Notes under the pieces: model-generated
The model's database searches: none
Told to the model about the DNA's origin: nothing
What the model saw: the letters and a program-made list of their open reading frames with translations, nothing else
Made by a program: the position numbers and the translations under genes
DNA from: an uncultured Verrucomicrobiae bacterium
Lineage (GTDB): Bacteria > Verrucomicrobiota > Verrucomicrobiia > Chthoniobacterales > UBA10450
Direction of reading: 5' to 3'
Assembly: GCA_963726745.1 (NCBI GenBank)
Contig: CAVSDR010000003.1
Coordinates: forward strand, 416,001 to 480,000
Length of the DNA: 64,000 bases
Part shown: positions 10,241-22,010 of the stretch, piece by piece
Layout: every line of letters starts with the position of its first letter
How positions within the stretch are numbered: position 1 is the first letter of the stretch

Positions 10241-11140
10241 TTGAATCTCCTCGACCAGCAAAAAATCCGGCTCGGCACTTGTGCCTGGAGCCACCCGGGG
10301 TGGGCTGGGCCGTTCTATCCGGCCGACCTGCCGGAGGCGCGCTGGCTGGAGTGGTATGCGCGCTACTTTCCGGCGGTGGAAGTCGACTCGACCTTCTACC
10401 AGGTGCCTTCCGAGAGCGCCATTCAACGCTGGACCGAAAGCACGCCGGCCAGTTTCCGTTTTGCCTGCAAGCTGCCGCGTGCGATCAGCCACGCCTGCCG
10501 GTTGCGCGATTGCTCACGCGAGTTCACCGACTTCATCCGCGCAGTCGAGCCTTTAGGCGACAAGCTGCATGTGGTCTTGATCCAATTGCCGACCTCCTTC
10601 GCACCGAAGGAAGGGCGCCCGGTCTTGCGCAACTTCCTGGAGCAACTTCCGCGTGACTTCCGTTTTGCGATCGAATTTCGCCATCCCGGCTGGCACAAGC
10701 CGCAGGTCGTCCGCCTGCTCGAGAAACACCGCGTCTGCTGGGTCTGGGCCGACACCAGCCCGCTGAACGAGCGCAACCTCGCGCCCTTTGAGCTTTGGCC
10801 GCGCACGGCCGATTTCCTCTACGTGCGCCTGTTAGGCGACTACTCGACAAAGTACGACGGCGACGGCAAGCACGTCCACCATTACGGCCGACTGCTCTGG
10901 AAACGCGAAGCCGCGATGGAAAGCTGGGCGATGAAGATCGAGCGGCAGATTGCGGACATGCGCAGCGTCTGGGCCTTTGTGAATAATCACTACGAAGGCT
11001 TCGCGCCCGAGACCTGCCAGCGGCTGGCGGAGCGGCTGGGCTACGAGCTGCCGCTGCCAAATTTGAGCGAAACCACCGCCTCCCCTGCGGACCTGCCGCA
11101 GCTGGAACTGTTCAGCGAAACCGGTGAGCCAACCGGCTAG
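10241..11140 (+). CDS. DUF72 (YecE/YunF) family protein
   Basis: IRLGTCAWSHPGWAGPFYP, AVEVDSTFY, LIQLPTSF, AIEFRHPGW, FVNNHYEG. Confidence 0.9.
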   Translation: MNLLDQQKIRLGTCAWSHPGWAGPFYPADLPEARWLEWYARYFPAVEVDSTFYQVPSESAIQRWTESTPASFRFACKLPRAISHACRLRDCSREFTDFIRAVEPLGDKLHVVLIQLPTSFAPKEGRPVLRNFLEQLPRDFRFAIEFRHPGWHKPQVVRLLEKHRVCWVWADTSPLNERNLAPFELWPRTADFLYVRLLGDYSTKYDGDGKHVHHYGRLLWKREAAMESWAMKIERQIADMRSVWAFVNNHYEGFAPETCQRLAERLGYELPLPNLSETTASPADLPQLELFSETGEPTG

Positions 11141-11173
11141 CGGAAGCCAGGCAGAATTTCGCCGCCTTTTGGC

Positions 11174-12499
11174 CTAACGAGTGACGAGGTGCGCCAGGAA
11201 GAGTGCCGCCAGGATCCACGTGGTGAGCGAAACCTCGCGGCGGCGTCCCGTGCCGAGCATGAGCGCGGCGTAGACCACGAAGCCGATCGCGAGCCCTTCG
11301 CTGATGCTGAAGGTCAGCGGCATGAGCACGATCGTGAGGACGGAGGCGGCCGCCTTTACGAAGTCGCTCAAGTCGAGCGCGCGGATGTTTTGCATCATGA
11401 GCAAGCCAACCACGACCAGCGCCGGCGCCGTCGCTTCCGCCGGGATGATGCGGAGGAGCGGATGGAGGAAAAGCGCGGCGAGGAAACAGCTGGCCACAAC
11501 CAGCGCGGTCAGTCCGGTGCGCCCGCCTTCCTCCGCGCCGGCGGCCGACTCGATGTAGCTCGTCACGGTCGAAGTGCCTAACGAGGAGCCGACCATGGCC
11601 GCAACCGCGTCCGCCTTGAGCGCGCGGCCGAGCCCGGGCAGTTCGCCGTCTGCTTTGAGCAAGCCGAGGCGCGAAGTGACGCCGATGAGCGTGCCCATGT
11701 TGTCGAAGAGATCGACGAAGAGAAACGCAAGGATGAGCGGGAGCGATTGCGCCGGGTGCGCCAGGAGATAGCCGAAGTCGAGCTGGAGGAACGTGGGCGC
11801 GAGCGAGGCGGGCAGCGCGACGAGGCGCTCCGGCATCTTCGTCAGGCGAAGCCCGTCCGCGCCGGGAATGAAGAGACCGATCGCAGTCAGCGCGAGAACG
11901 GAGAGAATGATCGCGCCTTTGACCCGCCGATAATGCAGCGCGGCGGCGAGCACGATCCCGCCAAGGACGAGGAGCACGCGTGCTTCGCCCAGCTTCCCGG
12001 CGGTCACGAGCGTCGCCGGATTGGCCACGATGAGGCCGCCTTTCTGCAGACCGATGAAGGCGATGAACAAGCCCACGCCGCAGGAGATCGCGATCTTCAG
12101 CTCATGCGGAATCGCCTCGATGATGCGCTGGCGCGCGCCGGTTGCGGTGAGCAGGAGAAAGCCGAGTCCGCTGCAAAAGACGAGCGCGAGCGCCGCCGGC
12201 CAGGGCACGCCCATCGCGCCGCAAATGGTGAAGGCGAAGAAGGCGTTCAAGCCCATCCCGGGCGCGAGCGCGATCGGCCAGTTGGTCAGGAGCGCGAAGA
12301 CCGCGGTCATGATCGCGGAGGCGAGCGCGGTCGCAGTCACGACCGCGCCGAAATCCATCCCGGTGGTCGCGAGGATCTGCGGATTGACCGCGAGGATGTA
12401 AGCCATCGCCGCGAAGGTCGTCAGCCCCGCGGTCACCTCGGTGCGCACCGTCGTCCCGTGCGCGCGCAGTTGAAAGAAGCGCTCGAGCCGGGCCGTCAT
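11174..12499 (-). CDS. NCS2/AzgA-family purine permease
   Basis: TEVTAGLTTFAAMAYILAVNP, ALAPGMGLNAFF, TSYIESAAG, GGRTGLT. Confidence 0.92.
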   Translation of the reverse strand: MTARLERFFQLRAHGTTVRTEVTAGLTTFAAMAYILAVNPQILATTGMDFGAVVTATALASAIMTAVFALLTNWPIALAPGMGLNAFFAFTICGAMGVPWPAALALVFCSGLGFLLLTATGARQRIIEAIPHELKIAISCGVGLFIAFIGLQKGGLIVANPATLVTAGKLGEARVLLVLGGIVLAAALHYRRVKGAIILSVLALTAIGLFIPGADGLRLTKMPERLVALPASLAPTFLQLDFGYLLAHPAQSLPLILAFLFVDLFDNMGTLIGVTSRLGLLKADGELPGLGRALKADAVAAMVGSSLGTSTVTSYIESAAGAEEGGRTGLTALVVASCFLAALFLHPLLRIIPAEATAPALVVVGLLMMQNIRALDLSDFVKAAASVLTIVLMPLTFSISEGLAIGFVVYAALMLGTGRRREVSLTTWILAALFLAHLVTR

Positions 12500-12514
12500 G
12501 GTTGATCTTGCTGC

Positions 12515-13787
<1,273 letters not shown>

Positions 13788-13849
13788 GGCGCGGACTCTA
13801 GCGCATCAAAGCACGTGACAACAGGGCGCGCGATCTCGATATTTCCCTC

Positions 13850-14918
13850 GTGGAACAGCTCAACCTCCTCGGGGTTGCCCTTGGCCTCGCGGCCCTCGCC
13901 GGGATCAATCTTTACCTGACGGTTTTCGTCACCGGCCTCGCGGTCCAGCAACATTGGATCGTCCTCGCGCCGCAATATCAGTCGCTCGAGATCCTGGCCA
14001 ACCCGGTGATCATCGCGGTCGCCGGCGTCTGCTATTTCCTGGAGTTTTTTGCCGACAAGATCCCGTGGATCGATACCGCCTGGGACGCGGTGCACACGGT
14101 CATCCGGCCGATCGGTGGCGCGCTCCTCGCGATCCAAGTGCTGGGGCATTCCAGCCCCACGTTCGATCTTCTCGTCTTGCTGCTTGCCGGGGGCACCAGC
14201 CTGGCGACGCACACCGCGAAAGCCTCCTCGCGATTGTTGGTGAATGCTTCGCCGGAACCGTTCTCGAACATCGGCGTGAGCTTGCTGGAAGACGCCGCGG
14301 TCTTCGGCGGGCTGGCCTTGATCCATCTCAATCCCCTCGCGGCCCTGGCGATTTTTGTGCTCGCGATGGCGACGTTCCTTTACTTCGCGCCCAAAATTCT
14401 CCGGGCGATGAAGGTGCGGCTTTGGCTGATTTTCAAGAAGCTCAATGGACCCGCGGGATCCGATGGTCCGCGCGCTTTGCCGACTGCGCTCCCCTCGAAT
14501 CTCGCGAGCGGTTTTCGCGCGTGATAACATCCTTGGCGAAACCATCGCCTGGGCTGTCCCATGCATCAGCGGCCGCGGCCGGCGGATCGCGCCCAATCTC
14601 TTCGGCGCGCTCGTGGCTACGCACGAAGAGCCGCGCAAAATGACTTTCGTGACCGCGAAAGGCCGCGGCTTTGCGCAGGCGATCGATCTCGATGGCTCCA
14701 CGGTCACGCGCGAGCCGAAATTTCTTTCCGAGAACCTGGTCGTCTTCCCCGCTGCCGGGAAGGGCCCGAAGTATCTCTTCGTTTTTCCGCGCTCCAGCGG
14801 CGTGCTCGTGGAGGAGATCGTGCAGTCAATCCAGGCGCGCGCCAGCGAACCGGCACCTGTCGTTAGGCCAGACCTGGACGCAGCGGCCTACCGCGGGGAA
14901 GAGACGCTTACGACCTAG
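13850..14918 (+). CDS. DUF4126 membrane protein (apparent frameshift near 14520)
   Basis: LAALAGINLYLTV, LEFFADKIPWIDTAWDAVHTVIRP, SPEPFSNIGVSLLED. Confidence 0.8.
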
Positions 14919-14930
14919 CCGGGCCTGGCC

Positions 14931-16293
14931 GTGTCGGATCTCGACCGCTACGAAGAACTGCGCGCTCGGGCGCAGGTGCGCGAGCGCGTTCTTTTCCGCA
15001 GCGCGCGCACCCCGGATGAACTGGAACTGCAAGCGCGCTGGTTTGCCGGCGACTTCGGACGCCGGCTTCCAGTCGACTTGCGGCCGGGCGATCGAGGTGG
15101 TGCAATTCGGCACCTGGAATCGCGAAGCCGGACCCGATTTCCACAGCGCCGCGATCCGCGTCGATGGCGGCGAAGCACAACGTGGCAGCATCGAGTTCGA
15201 TCTGGCCGACAAAAACTGGGAAGCCCACGGGCACGCGAGCAATCCCGCGTTCAACGACACCGTGCTGCATGTCTTCGTGCACGCGAGCGGCCCGACCTTT
15301 TTCACTCGCACGGAGGCGCATCGCCAGGTCCTCCAGGTGCGGGTGGACCCAGAGAAATTAGCCGACGCTTTCACCGGAAATATTCCGCTGGCCCGGCCCG
15401 GCCGCTGTCAGGCGCCGTTGCAGGATTTGCCGGAGGCACGCGTGCGCGGCGTGATCGAGGCGGCGGCCCGTTTTCGCCTCCAGCGAAAGGCGGCACGGCT
15501 GCACGCGATGATCGAAGCGCACGGCGAAGAGGAAGCGCTCTTCCAGGAGCTGGCCGCCGCGCTCGGCTACAAGGCGAACAAGTTGCCGTTTACCCTCCTC
15601 GCGCAACGCCTGCCGCTCGCGCTCCTGCGCGCGCAAAAGGAAAACGCGGAGGCGCTCCTTTTTGGCGTGGCCGGATTTCTCCAGGCCGCGGATTTGTCGG
15701 TCTACAGCGAGGAAACCCGCGGCTACGTGCGCGCGCTCTGGGAAGATTGGTGGCCGCAGCGGGACGCGCTCAGCCGGTTGATCCTGCCGGCCCATCTCTG
15801 GCGGCTCGGCGGCGCGCGACCGCTGAATCATCCGCAACGCCGCCTGGCGGCGCTGGCCGCGATCGTCCGCGCCTGGCCGCGGCTCTTGCGTTCGTTAGGC
15901 GAAACTGCCAGCGCCCGAGCCTTCTTCCGCGAGCTGGCGCATCCCTACTGGGAGCGACATTACACCCTGACCTCGAAGCCAGGCACCCGTGCGCTGGCGC
16001 TGGTGGGTGAATCCCGCGTGGCCGAGATCCTGGCGAACGTCCTCTTTCCCTTCCACCTGGCGCGCGGCACCGATGTCTGGGCGGAATACGAAAAACTCCC
16101 CGCGCGCCTAACGAATCGTCGCCTCGAGACCGGCGCCGCCCGCCTCTTCGCGGGCGACCCGCGCCGCCCGCAATTTCTCCGGACGGTGGCGCAGCAGCAG
16201 GGCCTGCTGCAGATCTACGAGGACTTTTGCCTGCAGGATAATAGCGACTGCGCGCACTGCCCTTTCCCGGAGCAAATGCAGAAATGGGTTTGA
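14931..16293 (+). CDS. DUF2851 family protein (apparent frameshift near 15070)
   Basis: ELELQARWFAG then FGTWNREAGPDF, WEAHGH..NPAFNDTVLHV, ALGYKANK, RPLNHPQRRLA, QQGLLQIYEDFC. Confidence 0.8.
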
Positions 16294-16328
16294 TGATTGC
16301 CGCGCGACCGTTCAACCTTCCGCCTCTC

Positions 16329-16952
16329 ATGAGCCATCCGCCCTCCGCCCGCGCCGCCGCCTTCACCCTGATCGAGTTGCTGGTGGTGATCGCGATCATC
16401 GCGGTGCTCATGGGCCTGGCTTTCCCGGCCTATCAGAAGGTGCAGGACTCGGCCAAGCGCGTCTCGGCGAAGAACGACATCACTCAGATCGTGACCGCGG
16501 TGAACGCCTTCTACACCGAATACGGGCAGTATCCCTGCGGCGCGCAGAGTGGCGCCGACGCGATGGATTACTACACCGGGAATAACACCGATAAGAAGAA
16601 TCTCTTCGACGCCCTGCGGGTGCCGTTTCCCTCCACGCCGCCGGCGCTGAACCCGCGCGGGATCGTGTTCCTCCAGCCGGCCGGGGTGAAGAGCGATGTC
16701 GCCGGGCAGCGGCGCTCTGGCATCGGCGGCGACGGCGTCTATTACGATCCGTGGGGCGGGACCTACCGCGTGAAGATGGACAACAATTACAACGGGCTGC
16801 TGACAAATCCTTATGACGCCAACACCGGCGCCGGCTTTGGTAGCGTGAACCTGGGCGTGATGGCGCTCTCGCCGGGCAAGGACAAGAAGGGCCCGGACGA
16901 TGGCGGCGAGAAGAACTACAAGAAATCAGACGACGTCATCTCCTGGCAGTAG
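16329..16952 (+). CDS. Prepilin-type N-terminal cleavage/methylation protein (pseudopilin)
   Basis: AFTLIELLVVIAIIAVLMGLAFP, AVNAFYTEYGQYP, DPWGGTY. Confidence 0.88.
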   Translation: MSHPPSARAAAFTLIELLVVIAIIAVLMGLAFPAYQKVQDSAKRVSAKNDITQIVTAVNAFYTEYGQYPCGAQSGADAMDYYTGNNTDKKNLFDALRVPFPSTPPALNPRGIVFLQPAGVKSDVAGQRRSGIGGDGVYYDPWGGTYRVKMDNNYNGLLTNPYDANTGAGFGSVNLGVMALSPGKDKKGPDDGGEKNYKKSDDVISWQ

Positions 16953-17003
16953 CACGCGATCGGCGTTGCAATCCCGAAAGCGAAACCTAAAATCCCAACC
17001 GTC

Positions 17004-17074
17004 GCGGGTGTAGTTCAATGGTAGAACGGCAGCTTCCCAAGCTGCATACGAGGGTTCGATTCCCTTCACCCGCT
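17004..17074 (+). tRNA. tRNA-Gly(CCC), CCA not encoded
   Basis: GCGGGTGTAGTTCAATGGTAGAACGGCAGCTTCCCAAGCTGCATACGAGGGTTCGATTCCCTTCACCCGCT. Confidence 0.95.
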
Positions 17075-17092
17075 TTCCTTCTTCCAGCTTCC

Positions 17093-17320
17093 ATGCGCGC
17101 GCGTTTCCCGGCGGTGTTTCTCCTTGCGGTGCTGGCTTCGGCCGGGATCGGCTGCAACGCGACGCCGGCGAAAAGCCCGCGCAAGTCGAAGGCCGTCTAC
17201 AAACGGCAAACAGGCAGCAACCTCACAAATCGCTTCGAGGTCGAGACGAGCGAGCGCGTTGCCGCTGCCGCGAAGAAACAAGCGCCGCCCGATTACGTCC
17301 CGCGGCGCGGCTTCCGCTAA
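17093..17320 (+). CDS. Small putative lipoprotein
   Basis: MRARFPAVFLLAVLASAGIGC signal with lipobox-like Cys; 75 aa. Confidence 0.55.
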   Translation: MRARFPAVFLLAVLASAGIGCNATPAKSPRKSKAVYKRQTGSNLTNRFEVETSERVAAAAKKQAPPDYVPRRGFR

Positions 17321-17399
17321 TTCCGCGGGAAGCGCGAATTGACAGGGGCCATCGCCCGCGCGAGGTTCGCGGCGGTAAAGCTACTTGGGCTTGTGTTAG

Positions 17400-17566
17400 T
17401 GGGCGCTATGCTTCCCCGATGAAGGGCGCTCAGTATTCAGTCTCAACAGCTATCGGCAAAGAAATGCCGGCCCGGGGTCCTTCGAGGGATCTCGTAGACA
17501 TATAGCTAGCTGTCGACCGCAAGGTCGCAGCGTTCGTTGCACAGCGCTCGAAATCTGTGCGTGAAC
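17400..17566 (+). ncRNA. Candidate structured leader RNA (unassigned)
   Basis: Several consecutive hand-found hairpins between TTGACA (17339) and the ATG at 17571; no family recognised. Confidence 0.3.
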
Positions 17567-17570
17567 AGAC

Positions 17571-17885
17571 ATGAAACCTACATTCCAGGCGAGCCTCCCA
17601 GCTCGTCAGCGCGATTCGTCGCATTCGTCCCGTCCCCAGCTCCGCGGTCCCCGCACCGACGCGAGCTTCCAGGTGGTCACGCCCGCTTTCGGCGGCGGCG
17701 CCACCTCCTTCCGCCATCGCGAAACCAAGCTCCATCCGGCGTTCCATACGCTGAGCGAGAGCTTCTTCGCGACCGAGGCCCGGAAGGAATCGCGCCTCGA
17801 AGGCGCGCTCTTCGCGGTCATCGTCGCCCTCGCGGCCTGGCCGATCGTGCTCGCCGTCCAGGCAGCCACGACCCTGATCAAGTAA
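17571..17885 (+). CDS. Small hypothetical protein with C-terminal TM helix
   Basis: 104 aa; ESFFATEARKESRLEGALFAVIVALAAWPIVLA; followed by a hairpin. Confidence 0.6.
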   Translation: MKPTFQASLPARQRDSSHSSRPQLRGPRTDASFQVVTPAFGGGATSFRHRETKLHPAFHTLSESFFATEARKESRLEGALFAVIVALAAWPIVLAVQAATTLIK

Positions 17886-17895
17886 ATTAACCTAC

Positions 17896-17940
17896 CCGCC
17901 GCGCTGCCGTCTTCGCCTGAAGACGGCGGGGCGGCGCGGT
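17896..17940. terminator. Hairpin between convergent genes
   Basis: GCCGTCTTC-gcct-GAAGACGGC core stem with flanking GC pairing. Confidence 0.55.
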
Positions 17941-20120
17941 TATTTCCGTCCGAAGATATTGCGGAAGGATTGGAAAATCCGGCCGGGCAACGACTCCACC
18001 CTGCGCCCGGCGTCGTTCAGGCGCTGCGCCAGCGGTTGCGTCTGCAAGCCGCCGTGCACGGTGCATGCGACCGTCGGCACCTTGTCGCTCGGGAGCGTGA
18101 TCTCGTAGGCTGAATCCGCGCCCACGCAGGCGTCGGTCGCGAGTTGGTTCGAGACCGCGCAGACGTTGGCTCGAGCCAGCGGCATCGTGGGCTTGAAGTC
18201 GGCCGCGGGATAACGCTGCGCCGCCTTGCTCATCACGCTCGTCCAAACCGGCAGCGCCAGGGTCGCGCCGTAACCCTGGGCCATGATCGTCTGCGGTTGG
18301 TCGAAGCCGACCCAAACCCCGCAGGTGAGCGCGCTGGTGTAGCCCAAAAACCACGCGTCCTTGTAATCGTTCGTCGTTCCTGTCTTGCCCGCTGCCGGCA
18401 ACTTGAAGCCTAACGAGCGCGAACTCGCCGCCGTCCCCCGGGTCATCACCTGCTCGAGAATTTCCGAAGTCATCCAGGCCGCGCCCGGATCAATCGCAGG
18501 GGCGCTGATGTGAGCCGCGCGGTAAATCGGATTGTGATCCGCGTCGTCGATCCGCTCGATGATGTAGCTTTGCTTGCGCTCCCCGGCGTTCGGAAAGATC
18601 GAGTAAGCCGAGGTCAGGTCTTTCAAATCGCTCTCGAAAGTGCCGATGTAGATCGCCGGGCTTTGCGGAATGTTCTCGCCCAGGCCGAAGCGGTAGGCCG
18701 CCTTGGCCACTTCCTCCGCGCCCACGAAATCGCCCACGCGCACGCTCATGGTATTGCGCGAGCGGATGAGCCCGTAGGAGGCCGGCTGCACGCCGCCGTA
18801 ATCGTTGTCGGAATTTCCTGGCGTCCAGTTGCCCGCGCCGCGGATTTCGCCCGGCTGAATCGGCGCGTCGCTCACGAAAGCGCCCGGCAACATTCCGCGG
18901 CTGAAGGCGAGCGCGTAGACGAATGGCTTGAAGGCGGAGCCGACCTGGCGATTAGCCGGCGCGATCGCGCGATTGAATTTGCTCTGCGCGTAATCGCGTC
19001 CACCCACGAGCGCGCGCACCCCGCCGCTGGCGTTATCGATCACCACCACCGCGCCCTGCAGGTAAGGCATCGCGGAATCCTCGCCCTCGGCCGGTGCCTG
19101 GTAGTTCGCTTTGCGCGGATGCTTGAATCCGGACTGCCGCTCGACCTTGCTCAATTGCGTTTCCAGCGCCTGCTCCGCCGCGTGCTGCACCGTCGGATCG
19201 AGCGTGGTGTAAATGTAGAGGCCGCCAAAGTCGATCTGCTCCGGCGTGAGCAGGAGGTTGAGGTCGCGCTGGACCGCGTCCATCGCGTAATTCTCCTGGA
19301 TTTGCGGGAGGCGCCGGGGATTAGACGTCACTTTCATCGCGCGCGCCTGCTGCGCCTGCGCCACGGTGATTTGCTTGAGCTCGGCCATGCGCGCGAGGAC
19401 CGCGTTCCGCTGGGCCGCGGCGCCCTCGGGATTTTTTAAAGGCGAGAAACGGTTCGGGCTCCGGATCAAGCCGGCGAGCGTGGCCGCTTCCGAGAGATTC
19501 AACTTTGCCGCCGGCTTCCCGAAGTAGGCCTGCGAGGCGGTCTCGATGCCGTAGCAGCCGGAGCCGAAGTAAATCCGGTTCACGTAAAGCTCGAGGATTT
19601 GCTCCTTGGAAAACTGCCGCTCGATTCGCAGCGCGACCATCGCCTCGAGGAGCTTTCGCCGCATATTGCGACCGCCAAGCGGCAGGCTGTTGCGCGCCAG
19701 TTGCTGGGTGATGGTGCTCGCGCCTTCGCGCACCGAGCTGCTGGTGATATTGCGGATGATCGCGCGCGCGACCCCGCGCGGGTCGAGTCCGCCGTGCTTG
19801 TAAAAACGCGTATCCTCGCGCGCGAGCAGCGCCTTGATGAAATCGGGCGCAACTTCCGTGATCGGGACCACGATGCGGTTCGCGCCCGCGAGCCGGCTGT
19901 AGATTTTCCCGTCGACGTCGAAGACCGTGTTCCGCTCCGGCATTTGCCCCACGTTCTTCAAGTCGAACGTCTGCGCCCAGACGGCGTAGATCGTGATCAA
20001 CCCAAAGACCGCGCCGACCCCGAGCGCGAGCACGGTCAAGCCAAGGCCGAGCGGCCAGCGGCTCCATCCTTTGCCGCCGCGGCGCGCCGAGACGCGCGCG
20101 AAGAGCTGGTTCATCTTCAC
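17940..20120 (-). CDS. Penicillin-binding protein 1A family (transglycosylase/transpeptidase)
   Basis: EDTRFYKHGG, GASTITQQLARN, SAFK (SxxK), SRN, KTG. Confidence 0.93.
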   Translation of the reverse strand: MKMNQLFARVSARRGGKGWSRWPLGLGLTVLALGVGAVFGLITIYAVWAQTFDLKNVGQMPERNTVFDVDGKIYSRLAGANRIVVPITEVAPDFIKALLAREDTRFYKHGGLDPRGVARAIIRNITSSSVREGASTITQQLARNSLPLGGRNMRRKLLEAMVALRIERQFSKEQILELYVNRIYFGSGCYGIETASQAYFGKPAAKLNLSEAATLAGLIRSPNRFSPLKNPEGAAAQRNAVLARMAELKQITVAQAQQARAMKVTSNPRRLPQIQENYAMDAVQRDLNLLLTPEQIDFGGLYIYTTLDPTVQHAAEQALETQLSKVERQSGFKHPRKANYQAPAEGEDSAMPYLQGAVVVIDNASGGVRALVGGRDYAQSKFNRAIAPANRQVGSAFKPFVYALAFSRGMLPGAFVSDAPIQPGEIRGAGNWTPGNSDNDYGGVQPASYGLIRSRNTMSVRVGDFVGAEEVAKAAYRFGLGENIPQSPAIYIGTFESDLKDLTSAYSIFPNAGERKQSYIIERIDDADHNPIYRAAHISAPAIDPGAAWMTSEILEQVMTRGTAASSRSLGFKLPAAGKTGTTNDYKDAWFLGYTSALTCGVWVGFDQPQTIMAQGYGATLALPVWTSVMSKAAQRYPAADFKPTMPLARANVCAVSNQLATDACVGADSAYEITLPSDKVPTVACTVHGGLQTQPLAQRLNDAGRRVESLPGRIFQSFRNIFGRK

Positions 20121-20177
20121 TGGGACGGGGCGGCGATCACGTCTGGCCGCTCAAAAAATTCTACCGGAAAGCGCCGC

Positions 20178-20522
20178 CTAAAACTTCAGGCGCACCCCGC
20201 TCCGCTGGCGCTCGTGTTCTTCGTCGGAGCAAGGGGCGTTCAACGGCACCGAGGTCTCGGCGGTGCTGGCCTGCACGATCCCTTTATCCAGGAGATAACG
20301 CTCGACTTCCTCGCCGCTCACATCGGCCACCATCTCGCCGTTTATTTCCACGCAAGGCGAGAGCGGTTGGCCGCTCTTGGTCTCCATTTCCCAACGGAAA
20401 GCCGGGTTCTGGATGATGTCCTTTTCCGTGTATTCGAGATTGTATTTCGCGAGGACCGCGCGGACGCCGCCGCTCCAGCCGCATTGCGTTTTCAGGTAGG
20501 CAGTGATTTGTGGCTTGTCCAT
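20178..20522 (-). CDS. Glutaredoxin-like protein
   Basis: YLKTQCGWSGGVRAVL, KSGQPLSPCVEING. Confidence 0.75.
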   Translation of the reverse strand: MDKPQITAYLKTQCGWSGGVRAVLAKYNLEYTEKDIIQNPAFRWEMETKSGQPLSPCVEINGEMVADVSGEEVERYLLDKGIVQASTAETSVPLNAPCSDEEHERQRSGVRLKF

Positions 20523-20619
20523 GTGGACCAAGGTTAGCACGCCCTTGCCTGATTGCAGCCTGCGCGCTGAAGAATTCCGCTCGCCTCGCGCGGCCGAACC
20601 GGCCAGAGAAAGTGACGTC

Positions 20620-21438
20620 ATGCAATCACTCCTCCCCGCCTGGCAAAATCACCCAAAGGTCGTCATCGGCATGCTCCATCTGCCGGCGCTGCCGGGCGCG
20701 CCGCTCGGCCGCCTCGGCCTGGAGGAAATTAGCCGGCAACTTCTGCGCGACGCGGAGACGCTCACGCGCGGCGGCGTTCACGGCTTGATGATGGAGAACT
20801 TCGGCGACGTGCCGTTTTTTCCGGGCGCGGTCCCGGCGCATGTGGTCGCGCACATGACCGCGCTCGCCTGCGCGGTCCGGGCGCGCTTCGACCTCCCGTT
20901 AGGCATCAACGTCCTGCGCAACGACGGCCGCGCCGCACTCGCGGTGGCGCATGCCTGCGGGGCGAGCTTCATCCGGGTGAACGTCCTCTGCGGCGCGCGC
21001 GTGACGGACCAGGGCGTGATTCAAGGAATCGCGCACGAGCTTTTGCGCGATCGCGCGCTGTTGGGCGCCGACGAGATCCGGATCATGGCCGACGTGGACG
21101 TGAAACATTCCGCCCCGCTCGCGCCGCGGCCGCTCGAGGATGAAGTGGACGACGTGATCGAACGCGGCCAGGCCGAGGCGCTCGTGGTCAGCGGCGCCGG
21201 CACCGGCAAGGCGACCGATCCCGCAAAGGCCGCGCGCGTGAAAGCGACTGCGCCGGAGACGCCGGTCTTCATCGGCAGCGGCATCACCGCAGGGACGATC
21301 GCGCAATTCCGCGAGAGCGCCGATGGCTTCATCGTCGGCACAGCCTTGAAACGCGACGGCGTCGCGAGCCAGCCGGTGGAACTCGCGCGGGTGCAGGCGC
21401 TCATGGGAGCGCTGGACGGGAAACAGGCAGCTACATGA
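20620..21438 (+). CDS. BtpA/SgcQ family protein
   Basis: IGMLHLPALPGAP, ENFGDVPF, GINVLRND, ADVDVKHS, DGFIVGT. Confidence 0.92.
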   Translation: MQSLLPAWQNHPKVVIGMLHLPALPGAPLGRLGLEEISRQLLRDAETLTRGGVHGLMMENFGDVPFFPGAVPAHVVAHMTALACAVRARFDLPLGINVLRNDGRAALAVAHACGASFIRVNVLCGARVTDQGVIQGIAHELLRDRALLGADEIRIMADVDVKHSAPLAPRPLEDEVDDVIERGQAEALVVSGAGTGKATDPAKAARVKATAPETPVFIGSGITAGTIAQFRESADGFIVGTALKRDGVASQPVELARVQALMGALDGKQAAT

Positions 21439-21952
21439 TCGGCGTGCTCGCAGCGGGAGAACCGTTCGTCGCCTTCGTGGGCGCGGGCGCTTCGGCTCTG
21501 CCGCCGGCGAGTTTACCCACCTGGACACAGTTCAATAATCTCCTCCTGCAGAGCCTGGCCGAGCGGCTCGCGGAATACAGCGGGAACCGCCAGCCGACCG
21601 CGCAGATGCTCGCGACCTTTCGCGCGTTGCGCGACACCACCGGTTTCTTCGCGCCCGATTTCCAGGCGCAGTTGATCGAGGAGGAAATCGGCGCGGAATA
21701 CTTTCGCGTCTGGCAAAGCCTGGAATCCGATCGCCCCGGACCGGTGCACGCCGGCCTGGCCGAGCTCGCGACGCCTGTCCGCATTATTATTTGGCCTACG
21801 CCGGTGCGCTCGTGACCAGCGGTGCACCCGGGCAGAGCCAGCTGGCGGCGGAGTTGATCGCGCGCGCGCGCCAGGTCGGCACGGCGAGTGGAAACGCCTG
21901 GGTCGGTGAGGAAGCCGCGCGCCTCGAGGCGAGTTTGCCGGCTGGTTCTTGA
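21435..21952 (+). pseudogene. SIR2-like domain gene remnant, probably internally deleted
   Basis: FVAFVGAGASALPPASLPTW and PGPVHAGLAEL, then an abrupt frame change near 21772 into a helical tail ending at TGA 21952; no TTNxD motif. Confidence 0.55.
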
Positions 21953-21969
21953 GCGTTGCGTTTCGGAGC

Positions 21970-22008
21970 AAAAGGGAAGGGCGCCCGCGTTTCCGCGAGC
22001 GCCCTCCG
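21970..22008 (-). terminator. Probable intrinsic terminator after rnpB
   Basis: AGGGCGC...GCGCCCT stem; minus-strand 3' tail TCCCTTTTG. Confidence 0.5.
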
Positions 22009-22010
22009 TT

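Noticed and set aside
16329..16952. Pseudopilin as the receptor for the repeated motif (ComP analogy)
   Set aside because: Such pseudopilins are numerous in PVC genomes, and nothing in the window links this one to competence.
17906..17927. GCCGTCTTC...GAAGACGGC resembling an inverted Neisseria DUS pair
   Set aside because: Not an exact DUS, single occurrence, and explained as an ordinary hairpin.
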